Part shown: in pieces, positions 1 through 15,200 of the stretch
Numbering within the stretch: the stretch's first letter is position 1
Layout: each line of letters begins with the position of its first letter
Origin: Histomonas meleagridis 2922-C6/04-290x
Lineage: Eukaryota > Protista > Parabasalia
DNA: 64,000 nucleotides
NCBI GenBank assembly: GCA_020184695.1
Contig: JAANOX010000213.1
Location: 1 to 64,000 of the forward strand
Direction of reading: 5' to 3'
Translations under genes and position numbers: made by a program
The notes under the pieces: model-generated
Database searches by the model: none
What the model was told of the DNA's origin: nothing
The model's input: only the letters and a program-made list of their open reading frames with translations

Positions 1-314
1 AGTATATTCGTTCTGATTTTGTGTTGCTTTAATATTGGATTCCTAAAAAAAATGTGAGAATTTGTGGTTTTACCTAAACCTGTACTACCTTCAATAATAG
101 TAACTTTGTATTTTGGAACACGAAATGAAATTACTTCTTCTTTAAATTCATGTGCTGGTAATTTACGACGTTGTATGAAAATATCAGTTTTCATAATTTG
201 TCTGAGATATGGACGATCTGTCCATGGATTATTAACATTTATCTATCCTATTGTTTCTTCAGGTTCTTTATGATGATTCTGGTGACGACGATCGATGATG
301 ATGTTCTTGCACAT
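1..314 (-). pseudogene. Noisy inverted copy of the 5' end of the PRP43-like helicase gene (matches about 53827-54130)
   Basis: The reverse complement aligns by eye to 53827-54130 (catcatcgtcgtc...aaagaacctgaagaaacaatag...ccatggacagatcgtccata...ggtagtacagg...ggtaaaaccaca) with many indels. It runs off the window start. Confidence 0.85.
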
Positions 315-589
315 AATTTTAATTAAATTGTTTTTGTGGTCTTATGAATTTGATGAGAGAGAACGTTATCAAATAAAGCGGACTCAAATCTCTTTCTCAT
401 TTTAAAAATATGAATTAAGAATGCAAAATTGATACAGAAATAATCATCATGACCATCTCATTCTGTATCTTTTAGTCATATTAACTTTATTCAATAAAAT
501 TCATTTTTAATAATCAGCTGAATCTTTTCACTCAAATCTGTTTTAAAAGTAACGACATTTCTCTAACATAAATATTATGTATGAGTATT

Positions 590-1640
590 TTATTTTATTT
601 GTTTCTAATGCTGCATGAGGTTGACCCACTTCAGCTGCCTCATATCATTCGAGCAGCTTTTTCTTGGTCAGATTTTGAGTTCGATTCCATTAAAATAATA
701 AAAGAGCGAGATTATAAATAGCCATCCAGGTTCTCCATTATCAGCTGCCATTTCTCATATATTTGAAATGCTTCTCTCATTTTTCCATACCTATACCTTC
801 TTTGTAAAGTGATATGCGTATGTACCCATAGCCATTGTATGTCCCATGTTCAAGCTGCTTTCTTTTATTAATCTTTGCAGATTCCTTATCATCTAACTTC
901 AAATCCGGATATATAAGAAATAAGCACTGTAATTATCATAGCGTCTGAAAAGGTTTGACCTTGAGTCAGAAAGCCATTTTATAATGTTAACAGCTTTCAC
1001 TTAAATTCTGATTCCTAATATCCATTAAAATACATATTGCCTAAAATGAATTTGAGCAAACACTATTTCCCATATTTGCGCCAAGACTTGCATATTTGAA
1101 AAGCTTCATCTTAATTTGGTTCACCCTAAATATCCATCCATGAGACCATATTGCACATTTGAAAGAATTGCTTCTACATGGCTTTTTATCAGCTGCCATT
1201 TCATATATTCGCTGTGCTTTCTTTTTGTCAATTGGAACACCATCACCACGTGAATATATTATAAGTGCTAAATTAAAGTTTGCAACAACATCACCTTTAT
1301 CAGGATGCTTTTGGGAAAGTATTTAATGGATTCTGTTGGATTGGTATTCATTAGAGAAACAGCACAATCGTTTTGAGCTGTTGTGCTGGCCTCACAGAAT
1401 CATGCCTCATATATTCAAGAGCTTTATGCTTCATCTTTGACGACACCATAGCCATTTTTAAAGCAAAGAGAATAGTTATATTGAAGACGTGGATCTCGAG
1501 TTTTTAACACCATTACCAGATGCTAAAAGTTCACCATATGAATTACATGCTTCAGGATGATCTTTGTCTGCTGATTTCTTAAGATATTCAACTGCTTTTT
1601 GAATGTCTGGTTGAATATCTTTAGTACCCTAAGCCATGTA
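590..1640 (-). pseudogene. Noisy inverted copy of the 3' half of the Sel1-repeat gene (matches about 52375-53547), with an internal deletion of about 140 bp
   Basis: Long exact words are shared with 52380-53547 (gtactaaagatattcaaccagacattcaaaa; gagatccacgtcttcaatataactattctc). The intergenic region 315-590 matches 53548-53826. About 52514-52655 is missing from the copy. Confidence 0.85.
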
Positions 1641-1768
1641 TGATATCATAATCATAAACTAATTAATTGATATTTTGAATTTTTTTCATCAAAGATAAAT
1701 TTTATATTGATTGAAATGAGTTAATTGAAAAAATTAAAAAATTTCATTAAAATTTAATGAAAAATTGT

Positions 1769-2958
1769 TTAGAAGCACTTGCGGTGGACAATTCCTGGAC
1801 CAGCTTCGTTGTATTCGTCACGTGTGATAACCATTTGTGGGAATGTGGCAAGGGAGGCAAGGATGGAGCCACCGATCCAAACTGCGTACTTTGGTTCTGG
1901 TACTGGAGCGACGACTTTGATCTTCATTGTTGGTGAGTGCGAGACGGACCATTTTCCTTCTCCATGCGTTCTCGGAGACCACTGTCGAACATTGTGGTAC
2001 CAGCAGAAGGGCAATGTTAGCGTAGAGATCCTGCGGACATCGATCATCGCATGCCATGATGGGTTGAAGTTTTGGTCAGCCACCTTCAATTCTTGGCGTT
2101 CGAAGCCATTGCAGTGTGGCTTGAAAAGAAGTTCTGGGCACCCTGAGGCGCTCGTTGCGCATGTAGTGACAGTTACTTCATCTGGAAGTGTGTATGAGAT
2201 AGTCTGCAATCGGATGTTCGTGGCGGCCTTGTTCATTTCTTCGTCAAAATCAAGTGCAACATATGCGAAATGCTTCTCACTTGATATACACGTACAATTT
2301 CCTTTTCGACGGATGTTGTGAAGGAAGTGTAACCACGTTTCGTTAAGGATCTTTTTGGAGGTAGGCTGTGAGATCGACGACCGGCGAGGTTCGATGCGCA
2401 TGATGAGCGTGTGGAAGGGAGTAGCTTCGTAGGTGGAACTGTGTGGGAAAGCACCATCGCCTGCATCGGCAAACGATGACCGGTTGTACGACCACGATGA
2501 GTAAAAGGGAAAGAACTTGGCTTGGATACCAACATAGGAATGCTGGAACGTTGAATGTTTCGGAGTGGAGTTGGATCATCTTTCACGATTAGCCTTTGCA
2601 GGTTTCGTGAAGGGCTTCTGCCAGAAGAACTGGGTGTTCAGCTGGATCAACCCGTAATTCGTTGTAGAAATGTGGCTGGGCGCCGGATCTTTTTCCATAT
2701 CGTCCCGAGTTGGTAACGATACCGTGTTCAGTTGTAGTACTTTCAGGATGAGGATACCGTGCCTTAGCACGTAGCTTCATCACACAACGCCATGTATCCT
2801 TGTTTTTGACCACCAGCGATTGTTTGGGACATATCGCTGGACGACCAACAATTGATGGGAAAACTGGAGCGTGGTGCTTCATCACCAGCGAAACCATACG
2901 CTACATACCAGAACCATTATCGATCACTTAATGTTTGAACTTCGATCTTTCAGACCAT
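1769..2958 (-). CDS. ACT: Actin (parabasalid type), broken by many indels (sequencing error or pseudogene)
   Basis: Actin motifs recovered across frames: VIDNGSGM, VFPSIVGRP, EHGIVTN, FYNELRVDPAEHPVLL, SYTLPD, CPELLFKP, KIKVVAP, KYAVWIGGSILASLATFPQMVITRDEYNEAGPGIVHRKCF*. GC content is raised, as expected for a highly expressed gene. Confidence 0.9.
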
Positions 2959-3259
2959 TAGATGAAAGGTAAGGAAATAGAAAAATTAGATAATTACGGA
3001 CATTGGTTTCACACAACGTTCACCTGATTGAAAAAGTTTACCTAACACCTCCACACGACCGAGTTTTCTTTGCTATAACCAACGGTTATTGTTCGCTTGG
3101 GAGCGTTTACAAACGGTTTAAAACTATGGAGCTCAAAAAGTTGAAGGGTTGGCCGTTAAATCTTAATCAAAGATCGAACACTAGGGTTAATTTTTGGTTC
3201 GCAGAAAGACAAAATAAACAAACAACTTCAACGCAAAGATTCTTTCTATTGAAAAAAAT

Positions 3260-6200
3260 ATAATTTGGAATGTCATATTGTGCGATTGCTCCCTCAAATC
3301 CACATTTATTAAATTAACGTTTTCCCCTTATAAAGAAAACCGTAAATTCAACACAAAAGGTTGTAATATATCCTTATAAAGCTGAAGTTCTTCACATTAT
3401 CAAGCCTGATAATACTAATCCAGGAGGATTTATTTATCCTTATTATGAGAATAGATCTTTATATATATATTTAAAAATTTTACAAAATGGTACTGCACCT
3501 GAAGGTTGGACTCCTAACTTTAAAATATTAAAGGAAATTGCTTCATTTATGAAAACTTTACATGAAAAAGGAATCATTCATGGTCGCTTAACTTCTTTTA
3601 ACATATTTATCAGGGAAAATTTCAAACCAATTATTTCAGATTATATGTTTTATAAAGTATTTCCGATCGACTACTTAAATGAATCACAAAAATACTCAAA
3701 TGTTATTATTTACATGGCATCAGAAGTTCTATCAAAGAATGAATATAAACAAGAACCAGATGTATATGCATTTGGGATTTTAATGTTACAACTTTTTACT
3801 TCTAATTATGATGTCTTTGCTCTAAGTGGAATAACATATTATGACTAATATGAAGCGATATCACATAATGCAAAGCCTTTTATTCCAACAAAATTACCAA
3901 ATGAAATTAAATCTCTTATTGATAGATGTTTAAATGAAGTACCAGAATCACGTCCATCTTTTAATGAAATAAAAGAAATATTATCAAATCTTTGTAAATC
4001 ATCAACAAATCTGAATATTCCAACTTTTATTGAATATAAATCAATGATTGTTCCATTAGAACAAAGTTTATCAAAGGATTTATTAGATAAGAAGGATCTT
4101 GCTGATCGTGGGAACATAGATGCAATGTTTCTTTATGGGGTTAAACGTTATGAAGAAGATCCAAAACCTCAAAACGAAGTAGAAAAGATGAAATGTATAC
4201 AAAAGGCAGCAAACGAAGGGAATGAAGCTGCACATATATATTTACCTTCAATTGTAACTGAACAAGATGAAGTAAATGAATCTGATAATGTCGAAATAAA
4301 AACTGATAATATTAATCAAAAAGAAACTCATGAAACCAAAGAAGATATCATTAGTTTATATTCTGATCCATATTTTATAGAAAACGAAACTAATTTCAAA
4401 GAAATTATAGAAAAAATACATGATAATGCAAATGTACCAACAAAAATTGATTTAAATGAGGAAGAACTTATTAAGCAAAACTTTATTTTTACTCAAGGTG
4501 CAAAAGAAAGATTATCGAAACTTTATGATTGTTTATCAGTAGGAATTCCAGTTGAATGTTCAACAGAAACATCTAAAACACTTAGTGCTGAAGTAGTATG
4601 TAAATTAATGAACAAAGAATTAATACGATTTAATTTAAGCTCAGAAACAAAGACTTGTGATTTATTAGGAAGATATGTAGGTGAAACAAATTCATGGGCA
4701 GGAATTATAGTCAAACCAGGACATTTTTACAAGCATTTTCTGAAGGTTAATGTTTATTATTAGATGAAATTAATTTGGCTTCATTTTCAGTATTACAATG
4801 TATTGAAGAAGCACTTGATAGTGGTGTAATTAGTGTAGAAATTTATGGAATGCTATTAAAGGCTATTAATATACATCCTGAATTTAGACTCATAACAACA
4901 CAAAATCCAAATAAAGGATTATTCGCTAACAAAAGACAAGATTTAGGGATTAAATTTTTATCTCGATTCCAAATAATTAATTTCCCACAATTTACTCAAT
5001 GTGTAAAACTCAATTAGCAAAATGGGTCTCAGAATGGTATGATAAAAGAAATGAAAAAGATATAGAAGCAAAACCAAAAGAATTCTTTTGTATGTGTACA
5101 GAAGAAAAAAATGTTCAGATTTAATAGGAAAGCAAAAACCAATTGAAAATGCTGATGCTGGAGAAGAATTAATTCAATGGAAACCAGGATTCCTTACACA
5201 AGCAATTCAAGATGGTAAATGTGCTGTACTTGATTCTGTTGATGAAGCTCCAGCAACTGTAACCGAAAGATTAAATAGTCTTTTAGATCAAAAATATGAT
5301 GGAGTCCAAAAGATGTTTGATATTCCTGAAAATCCTCAAAAAAATTAAATTCCAATTGATCCGAATTTTAGACTTATATGTACATGTGATATTGAAAAAA
5401 TGTATTTAATATCACCTGCATTCTTAAATAGATTTGATGTAATTGTATTAGAAAATCAATTAGATGATTTAGATGAAGGAAAGAAAAAAGAATTAATAGA
5501 AAAATTAATGGAAAGATATTATAAATTCAAAGGACAACCTCAAGAAAATTTAAATTATGATCAAGATCAGGACGATGATGATGACGATATATTACTATTA
5601 ATAGTAATAAATGAAAATGAAGAAGATAATAATGAAGAAAATAGTCGTGATGATAACAATGAAGATTCAAATAATATATTTGGTGGAGAGTCTGATGATT
5701 CAGATGATGATAAAAATGAATCAAATATTAATATATCCAATCAAAGTAATGATATCAAAAATCAATTCAGGTAACTCTCGAATTAGTAGATCTTGTATAT
5801 CAAAGTTTTTCAAATTCTTCGATGACAATATATTTGGCTTGGTTTTTTATGCAAAGCAGTTGTAATATATTATAATATATTATAAAATATTACAAGATGT
5901 ATTCAGTGAAGATTTTTCACAAAATGATATTGTTGAATTTGCAATTAATATCTTAAAGAAAAATGAAGATTTCCAAATATGAAAATTCAAGGATATTTAT
6001 TATCATTATTAAATCAAACATCTTCAACAAATGATGATAATCAATTCTTTTTTGAAGATTCACCACCTCTTTGTGAATTTATTACAAAGATATTTGCTGC
6101 ATCATTAATTGGATTGCCTGTATGTGTTTCAGGTCCAACTGGTGCAGGAAAAACATCTGCAGCTCGAGCATTTGGATTAATTCGTCCAATTGAAACAAGA

Positions 6201-9200
6201 AATAATGTTCATTTTCTAATGCATTAATTTCATGCAGGAACGAAACCAAATCATTTTTATGATACACCTACAATTAAGAATGGAAGAGTTATATTTTATA
6301 ATGGAACTTTAACAAATTCAATGAAAGATAGTTTAACTTTTATTGCAGATGAAATGAATTTATCAACAACAGGATGTATGAAAACTTTAGCACCTGCATT
6401 AGAACCAAGTTTAGGAGGAAGAATATTTATTCCTTGTGTTGGAGAATCGATTTTTGTTAATGATAATTTCTTTTTCATAGCTTGTCAAAATGAACTTAAT
6501 ACAAAGGGACGTAATGCGATTCCTGATTCAATTGCATCACGATTTAGATATTTTAATTATCCAGAGCAAACAGAAAATGATATATCTAATATATGTGCCG
6601 ACATAGAAAAAAGTTGTTATAAAAAAGGTGAACAAATGATAATACTTAATGATATAAATTCAAAAAGAATTGGAAAATATATGATCGAATTAAATAAATT
6701 AAAACCAAGTATTATTCCACCTTGGTCATTACGCGATATAACCAAATTATTTATACGTGTTCATCAGCAAGATTTAAATTCTAATAATTATCATAATTTA
6801 ACATTTTATCATCAAGTGTTATTTTATACATTATCACCTGCTAATGAAAATGATATCAAAGATATTTTCGATGATATACTAAAATTAATTGTTAAAATAT
6901 TCGAAATAATAAGTGCTGAACTAAGAAATGAATTAAGAGAATGTTATTTTGCGACACCTGAAATAAAGCCTATAGATAAAAAAGGAATTTTTATAATGAA
7001 AGGTAACACAGGAATTTCTCTTGAATCAATACCTTTAAAGATGGAAAAAGAAAGTTTAAATGAATTAGAATCTTTATTAAATAGTGCATTTCAATTATTA
7101 TTATTAACAGATCCTTCAGAACCAATTTTATTAAATGGTAATTCTGGAAGACATTTTTAGCACAACAATTTTTATATGATGCTAAAGTAATTACATTAAA
7201 TCAAGAATCAACAGTATCACAATTATTAGGTTCTTCAGGTTTCTTCACGAATACTGAAGCCAAATTATTTTATTTAGATCATATATGTAAAATGTGTCGT
7301 TTAGATTATTTAGATCTACAAAAGAAATTATTAAATAAAATTTTAACAAAAGAAGAAATTATAGAATTAACAAATAACCGAAAAAAATGCTTCCACATTC
7401 ATTTCATTATGCAATTGTACATTTAATAGATAAATTATTTTTAGAAGAAAAAGAAAATAATTGTGGAATATCAAATATTATTCTTGAATTCCGACCAGGA
7501 TTATTCTTATCTGCAATACTTGAAAGGAAATCATTAATCTTAAAGAATTTATCAAATATTCCAACAATCGTTTTAGAGAGATTTAATGAATTGTTTTCAG
7601 GTAAACATAATTTAACATTAAATGAAGATATTCATAACACTTTTACACCTGATAATAATAAAGAATTCACAAACTTTAATCAAAGTTTCAGAGTTATAGG
7701 TACATGTCCAAAAAATTCACCTTCAAAATTATCAGAAGCAGTTTTATCACGTTTTACTGTTGTTGCAGTTCCTGAATATAAATCTACAGAACAAACAAAA
7801 GTACTTAAAAGTTATATAAGAATTAATTAATTAGATTGTAAAGATACAGAAATTGAATTACTTCAAATGTTCTCAGAAGAATTTAATGCACAATTTAAGC
7901 AACATTTTAGATTCTCACAAATGCTTAAATCGATTGAAATGTTAAGTTCATTATCAAGTAATAATATAATCGAAAATCATGATATACAATATAATCTCGG
8001 ATTAATTATATATCGATTATGTTCAGGTTTATTAGAACATCAAAAACAAAGAGAAGATCTCATCGATTTATTTGATAACTTAAATATTAATTTACCAACA
8101 ACATTACAAAACTTTAATGAAAACCCACTTGAAAATTGTGAAGAGAATCATTATCAAGGATATAAATCTAAAATAACTGGTTTCTTTATAGAAAATACAC
8201 ATGAATATCATGAAAATCCAAAAATTGCATTTACTGGAAAATTCACAGAAATGGTTGATGTTCTTCATTTAGGATTAATTACACATACGCCAGTAATATT
8301 TGAAGGTAAGCCAGGGCAAGGTAAACAAACAGCAATTAATTACATTGCAAATCTTTTAGGTTTTGAAGTTGTAAATATAATTATATCACAATCAACAAAA
8401 GTTGATGATCTTTTAGGTAAAATTACTATTAAAAGAGATGAAGATAATCAACTTCATATTGAAATGATTGAAACAAAACTTGTTAAAGCAATTAAATCAA
8501 ATCAATCGAATTTCATTATTGTATTCCATAATATCAATAATGCATCACCTGCTGTTTTAGAAGTAATGATAAGTATTTTTGATACTAATCAAAAACATGT
8601 TTTATTACCAAATGGTTCAACATTAGAAAAAGGTAAAATGAATCTTGTTGCAATATTTAATCCACAAAATGGATTTTCTAATCATTTACCTTCTTCATTA
8701 ATGTTTTCATCTATTTATCATATAGTATTTAATCCAAAGAATGAAGATGTTTCTGATATAGTTTTAAAGCAATTTGATGGATTACCATATTTTGATGAAG
8801 CTCCTTTATTTTATGATCAATATTTAAAGACAAATAATATTTGTCATGAATCAAATATAACTCAAAACATGACATTAAATGATATAGGTAAATATATATT
8901 ATTTAGAAATGTAACATTTAAATCATTTGATAAAATAATAGTATCACAAATGTTATTTGCATATCGTTTTATTCAAGAAGAATTTATTCAACAAGTTTTA
9001 TCAAAACTTGATATGAATGATATGAAATTTAATCCTGTTTTTATATATAATATTCAAGCTAAAGAATTAAATATTCGTTTATCTCAAGATAGCAAAACTG
9101 GAATTATATTACCAATTATACCAGAAAATATAAATCAAGAAGAAATACAACCAATCATAGGTTGTTTAACACTTCCTGAAAAACATTGCTTATTATTTTT

Positions 9201-12200
9201 GGCTTGTTCTTATCTTGCTAATCGTACATGTGTTATCAAAGGTGGTACAGCATCTGGGAAATCACACACAATCAGATTATTTGCTAAAATGCTTGGTAGG
9301 AAACTTAATGTATATCAAATGAATGCTGATACAGGAATTTCAATTTTAACAGGACAATCTATACTTGACAATAAAATATCTAATGATGATATAAGATTAT
9401 TAACAGAAGCATTTGGAAAACTTTATGGTTTTAAAGAATTGAAGAATTATATTTATAATAATATTAGTAAAAATCCAAAAGATTGGACACCTAAAGATTT
9501 CAAAAATCTTCTTTCAGAAATAAAACAATTTAAACAAAACGCAAATAATCTTACAGAAGATGATAATAAACTTATTAAAGAAGTAGAAAATACTATTAAA
9601 GAATCAATTCAACCTGCTAAAAGATTTAAACATGAATCATCAACTATTATTAAAGCAATTCAAAATGGAGAAATGGTTTTAATTGATGGAATTGAATCAG
9701 CGCCACCAGAAATAGCAGAAAAAATTTCTTCACTTTGTGGTGATGAACCAGAACTTAATTTATATGAATGTGGTCAAGAAAATTATTTCTCTAAAAAAGA
9801 AGGAACAATTCATAAAGATTTTCGTTTAATTGTCACATATAATCCAACTTCAACAAATGAAAACAAAACTATTGATCAATCATTCTTAAATAAATGTGTT
9901 TCATTTACATTACCACCAATCGATTCTAGTGTAGAATCTTCAGCACAAATTTTATTTGGTTCTTTAATTAAGAATTTATATCCACAAAAACTTTCAATTG
10001 AAATAGGTGCAAGAATGGCACTTATGCATGCATTTGCTAAAAACGAAAGTGAAGCTGATCATGATTCATTTGCAGGTGATATCGAATTCACTGGAAGAAC
10101 ATTAAGATTTATTATACTTAACTTCATTAAGCATCAAAAAGATTACAAAGAAAATTGTTCTGAGAATATTTATCTACCTGTTTGTAAATCAATGAAAGTA
10201 TATTGGAATTCATATGTTGATCAAAATAAGAAACAAGAATTCCAAAATAAAATGATAAAGAGTTTTGCTGATGAACCTTTGCAAGATTTAAGATCAAAAA
10301 TTAACTTTTCAAACGTTAAAAATCGTAATGAAAAATTATTATATTATCTTCGTAACATTCAAATATACTTTAAAGAACAAAAACTTCCTGAAGATTTTTC
10401 ATTTTATTCTATTGTTAAAAATTCTAATTTTGTACAAATAATTGATAATGAAACTATTCAATATCATATTAATGATACAATAGAATTAATGAATAAATTG
10501 ATAATTATTAAACAAAAGATTAAATATATATATGGAAAATTTTATACAATTAATATAATTTCGAAAATATTTCAAGAGATAAATAAAGGACTTAAAGAAA
10601 TTCATAATTCAACAATTTCAAATTTACCTCTTCAAGATAATGATTTACTTTCATTAAGGAGTATTCGTAAACCAATATCAAAATTACGGTTATTAACTCG
10701 ATTTGCTGAAGAAAATTCAAAATGTTTCACAAAATATGTTCCATATGAATTAGCTAAACCTGATTTACTTGAAATTATTAAAATTATGAACATAATGACA
10801 ATTAATTATGATCTAAAAATATTTAATTTATTTGTTTTAAATTTGAAAAAATATGAAAGGTTAATACCTATAATTGACAAAATATTTCCATATAATAAAT
10901 TTGTTTCTACACCATTTGAAAATATTTGTTATTGGTTACCATTATTTAATGATTTATATCAAGCAAAAATAAGTTTTACAATTGTTGTTGAAAATGATAC
11001 TTATGAATTTAAGTCTAAAAATAATATTCTTCATCCAAAATTTGTTTTTAATCAAGCAAAAACATTATTATTATCAAAAGAAACAAATATAAACATAAAA
11101 GATATGAACGTATTTTCAATTAAACAAAAAGATATTAATTCAAGTTCGTATAATAAAAAGAATTTAGCAGTTTATGGACTTTGCAAAGATGTAATAAAAG
11201 CACAAAAAATTACTCAAAAATATATTAAAGAAAGAATGAATACATATATGAGTTCTGTCATAGAAAACCCACGAAAAAATCAATTTGGACAATTATCATC
11301 ATTGTTTAGTTATGAGCAATCACCTTTAATTAGTAATCTTTGGACTTTAATATTTACATTTTCAAAAGAAGAAATTCCCGAAATTGGACAAATTTTACAT
11401 CCTCTTGAAGAAGAAATGCTGATAACACTTTCATTCGTGTTTGATAAAATAGAAACATATGAAAACTTCGATATGATTATGAATTTCTCAAAAGCTTTAC
11501 TTAATTTCGGAGATCCCTATTCAATATTATGGAGAATTATGGGAAATATTTATACAAATAATCAATATACTGAAATGAACACTGCTAAAAATGAAATTTC
11601 TAAAATTGATCAAGAAATTTCAGCCATTAAAAATGTTATATTTGATGATAAATCAATTTGGAACCCTGAGCCTTATATAGAATTACTTGAAAATGCCAAA
11701 GTACCATTAAACAATATAATAAATGAAATATATAATCAAAACGTAATATTTAAACTTCAACAAAACTTTGAAAATCTTCGAAAAAAGATTCAAAATATTA
11801 ATGTTGAAAAGAAAGAACTTAAAAGTATTCGTAATCATATTATAAAATACTTAAATGAAACTTCTAAAAATAATCCGACTGAAGAAAATTATAATAAATG
11901 TGTACAAAGTGTTACTGATTTTATAGAATATATTGAGAAAGTTGATAATTCAACTGTGACTAATTCAATAATATGGCCTATTTATTCATCTGATATTGTA
12001 AGTAAGGTTCGAACTAATTATATTAAAATTTATGAGCATCTTATTTGGTATTCTAAGATTTATGATATTTTTGAAAAAATTACTGATAAAAAAAATAAAA
12101 ACATTGTTCATTCTATATATGACTTAAATAATTTCCCAGAAATGAAAAGTGTACATCAATTATTATTTAGTCGTTTCTTAAAAGATGGAACAGGAATTCA

Positions 12201-15200
12201 AGCAGAAGATACTGATATAATGTATTCAACATTAAATGCAGCTTTTATTTATAAAATGCATCAAGATAAACTTGATAACTATATCTTCAAACTTGATGAA
12301 TTATTAAATAAATTAGCAGATAGAAATGAAAAAGATGAAAGGGAAATACAATGGGCTTATAAAATTGCTAATGAATTTCATCCAATGTTTGTCATTTATT
12401 TACCAAAGTTTAAAGCTAAAGATATTATATTTATGTTTATTAATCTTCCAAATGATAACGAAGCTAAAAATGGAATTTTTACACAAAATTGTGACTTTGC
12501 AAGTATTTTTGATGCTTTAAGAAAAGTTAATTATCAACGATTTGAAAATATGTCGAAATGCGCAATAGAAATTGCTGGGACAATATATCGTAATTTATAT
12601 GATATGAAATTTGAACCACCAACTAAACTTGAAGAAATTAAAGAATTAATAAATCGAAAAATTACATATAAGAAAAATCAAGAACAAACATTACTTAACA
12701 ATGTTTTATATATGTTTGATGTTGCTGAAGAATTTGATAAAACTAAATCTTTTCATCTTGAATTTGATGATATTGAATTTATAAAACCAGAACCAAATAA
12801 TTGGAAAACTAATCATGATTTTATTAACAATTATCCATCATTAATTTATTGGTTATGTAAAAATCAAAAATGTGCACAACAAATTCAAACAATTTATTCA
12901 TCACAAAAATTAGAAGAAGATAAACTTCCACTTTGGATTCTTGTTTTAAGAATTATTTCTTCAATTAATGTGGTTGTTTTTGATGTAAAACAAAATACAA
13001 CAACAAGTAAAAAAATAAAAGAAATTCTTCATGAAAAAGTGCATGAAACAATTATTCATAAATTATCAAAACATAAAGAAATAGGAACGGTATGGTTAAA
13101 TCTTTTATTACCAACAGTACCACCAGAATTTGTTGAACAAAACACAAGATTATTAAATGGATTTTTACTATCATTATCAAATGATAAATATTCACATATA
13201 GCTTTAAGTGATATAAAATATCAAAATATTGATACATTCATTACAAATACAATTAAATTAATATTTAAATCTAATTTTGATGAAATTGTTAATTCTAATA
13301 TTAGTGATTCAAATAATGTACTACAATTTATTATTGATCCAAATAAATTTATTAAACATCAAATTGGTGAAATTAAAGATGAAAAAATAAATGAAATTGG
13401 TAGTAATAAAAAGACAATTAATCTAAAGGAATTCATAGTAAATATGAATGAAAAGTTTCCACAAATTTTTGATAATTTAAGGAATACAATTATGGTTGCT
13501 AAAGAAAATAAGAAAACAAAATACATCGAAAAAAGAAAGATTGAAGATACAAAACAAAGGGAAGACATGATTAAAGAATTAACTGAAAAAATTGATAAAT
13601 ATAACGAATTATTATCATTAGAGAAATTCGAAACTAAACAGTATAAGAAATTGAATGAGATTAAAGAATATTTTGAAAATAATTATCCATCAATTTTTGA
13701 TTCTTCGACCACCAAAGAAATAACAATAGCAATTATATCGAAATATGGCTCTGGCAATATTAAAGAAAACATTAAATTTTATTATATCCAAAAAGAAATT
13801 AAATATGATGATCTTATTCCAATTATAACAGAAGAATCATATGAAAAAACTGTACCTAAAATTATTTTTGGAAAGAACATTGAATGTGATGATTTCTTGA
13901 AATCTCTTTCAGGTTTTAATGAAAAATGTCAAAAAGAAACACAAAAATTATTTGATGAATTAGAAAATTCTAAAATGAATGATAACACATTCAAAATACC
14001 CGAAAAATTATTAAATATTATAAATGATTTTATAAAGAATTTAACTGCTCAATTTACAGATGGTGAAAAATGCAATGAAATTCATAAAGAAATAACTGAA
14101 TTACTTAAAACATTCAAGCAATTAAAGATATATCTTGAAGAATTTGATTCTTACATTAAAATCAAAATTAAGAAGTTTTTGAATGATGTTAATTCCAATT
14201 TATCACAACCAATGTTTTCATATACATATAAAATACCATTTCCTTCACAGACTCCTGAAAGGTATCATCCATCATTTAATAACATAACTGATTCTAATTT
14301 CTTTTCTACACCAATATTAAATGTTTCACCAGAAGGAGATATTCAATGTTGTTATAAATCACTTAGTTGCTTAATTGGGCCAATAGTTCCATCATTATAT
14401 GAAGGAAACATTGCAATTAATTTTATTTCATTTATTGATGAAGAATTTTCAATCGATATTGAAACAGAAGAAAAAGAATATGCAAATATTTTTTATGTAA
14501 GAAATAATATTAAACCAGGAGAAAATGTACAAATACTTTTATCATTCCCACTTCTTTTAAATAATGATATCACTGATTTAGAAATTTCAGGAAATATTCA
14601 TTTTACTTCAAAGTCATATAATGAGTTAATTCTTCCATGTACTTTTAACTTCAAATTGGTTCCATTATCTTTACTTATTGAATGTAAAGAATATGATTTG
14701 TCGTATATTAAAGATAATATCTATCACTTATGTTGTAAAGAAATTTTATCAAAATCTACAATTTCATTTGAAGTTAAGAATTATTATATCGATAAAGAAT
14801 TAAAATATATTGTTAGTGTAGAAAATCTTGAAGGTAATACATCAGATAAACCCCAAATTTTAAATCAAAAAGAACATTTTTATATCAATTTACCTTCTGT
14901 TACTGAAATGAAAAGACTTAATTGTAATGTTTATATAGCATTCTCAGCGAATTTTATAATAACAATTCATATTGATACAATATTAATACCATTTGATTTT
15001 GATTTTGAAATTTATGATTTCTCTACAAAAAGATTTGCAAAGAAAATATACTTATATTATTCATCAATGGAAAAAATTTTTAATCTTCCTTTGCATTGTA
15101 AAATAATTGGAAGACCACATATTGGAAATATAAATGCTAAATTCATAAAATCTCTTCCAAATGCTGCACAGATTAAGGAAAATATAAGCGAAATTAATTT

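Noticed and set aside
1779-2897. Several overlapping ORFs on both strands over the actin region
   Set aside because: They are frameshifted pieces or antisense shadows of one GC-richer actin gene, not separate genes.
1769-2958. Actin as a divergent actin-related protein or a contaminant
   Set aside because: Conserved blocks are canonical parabasalid actin. The divergence is indel noise like that in the adjacent duplicated segment.
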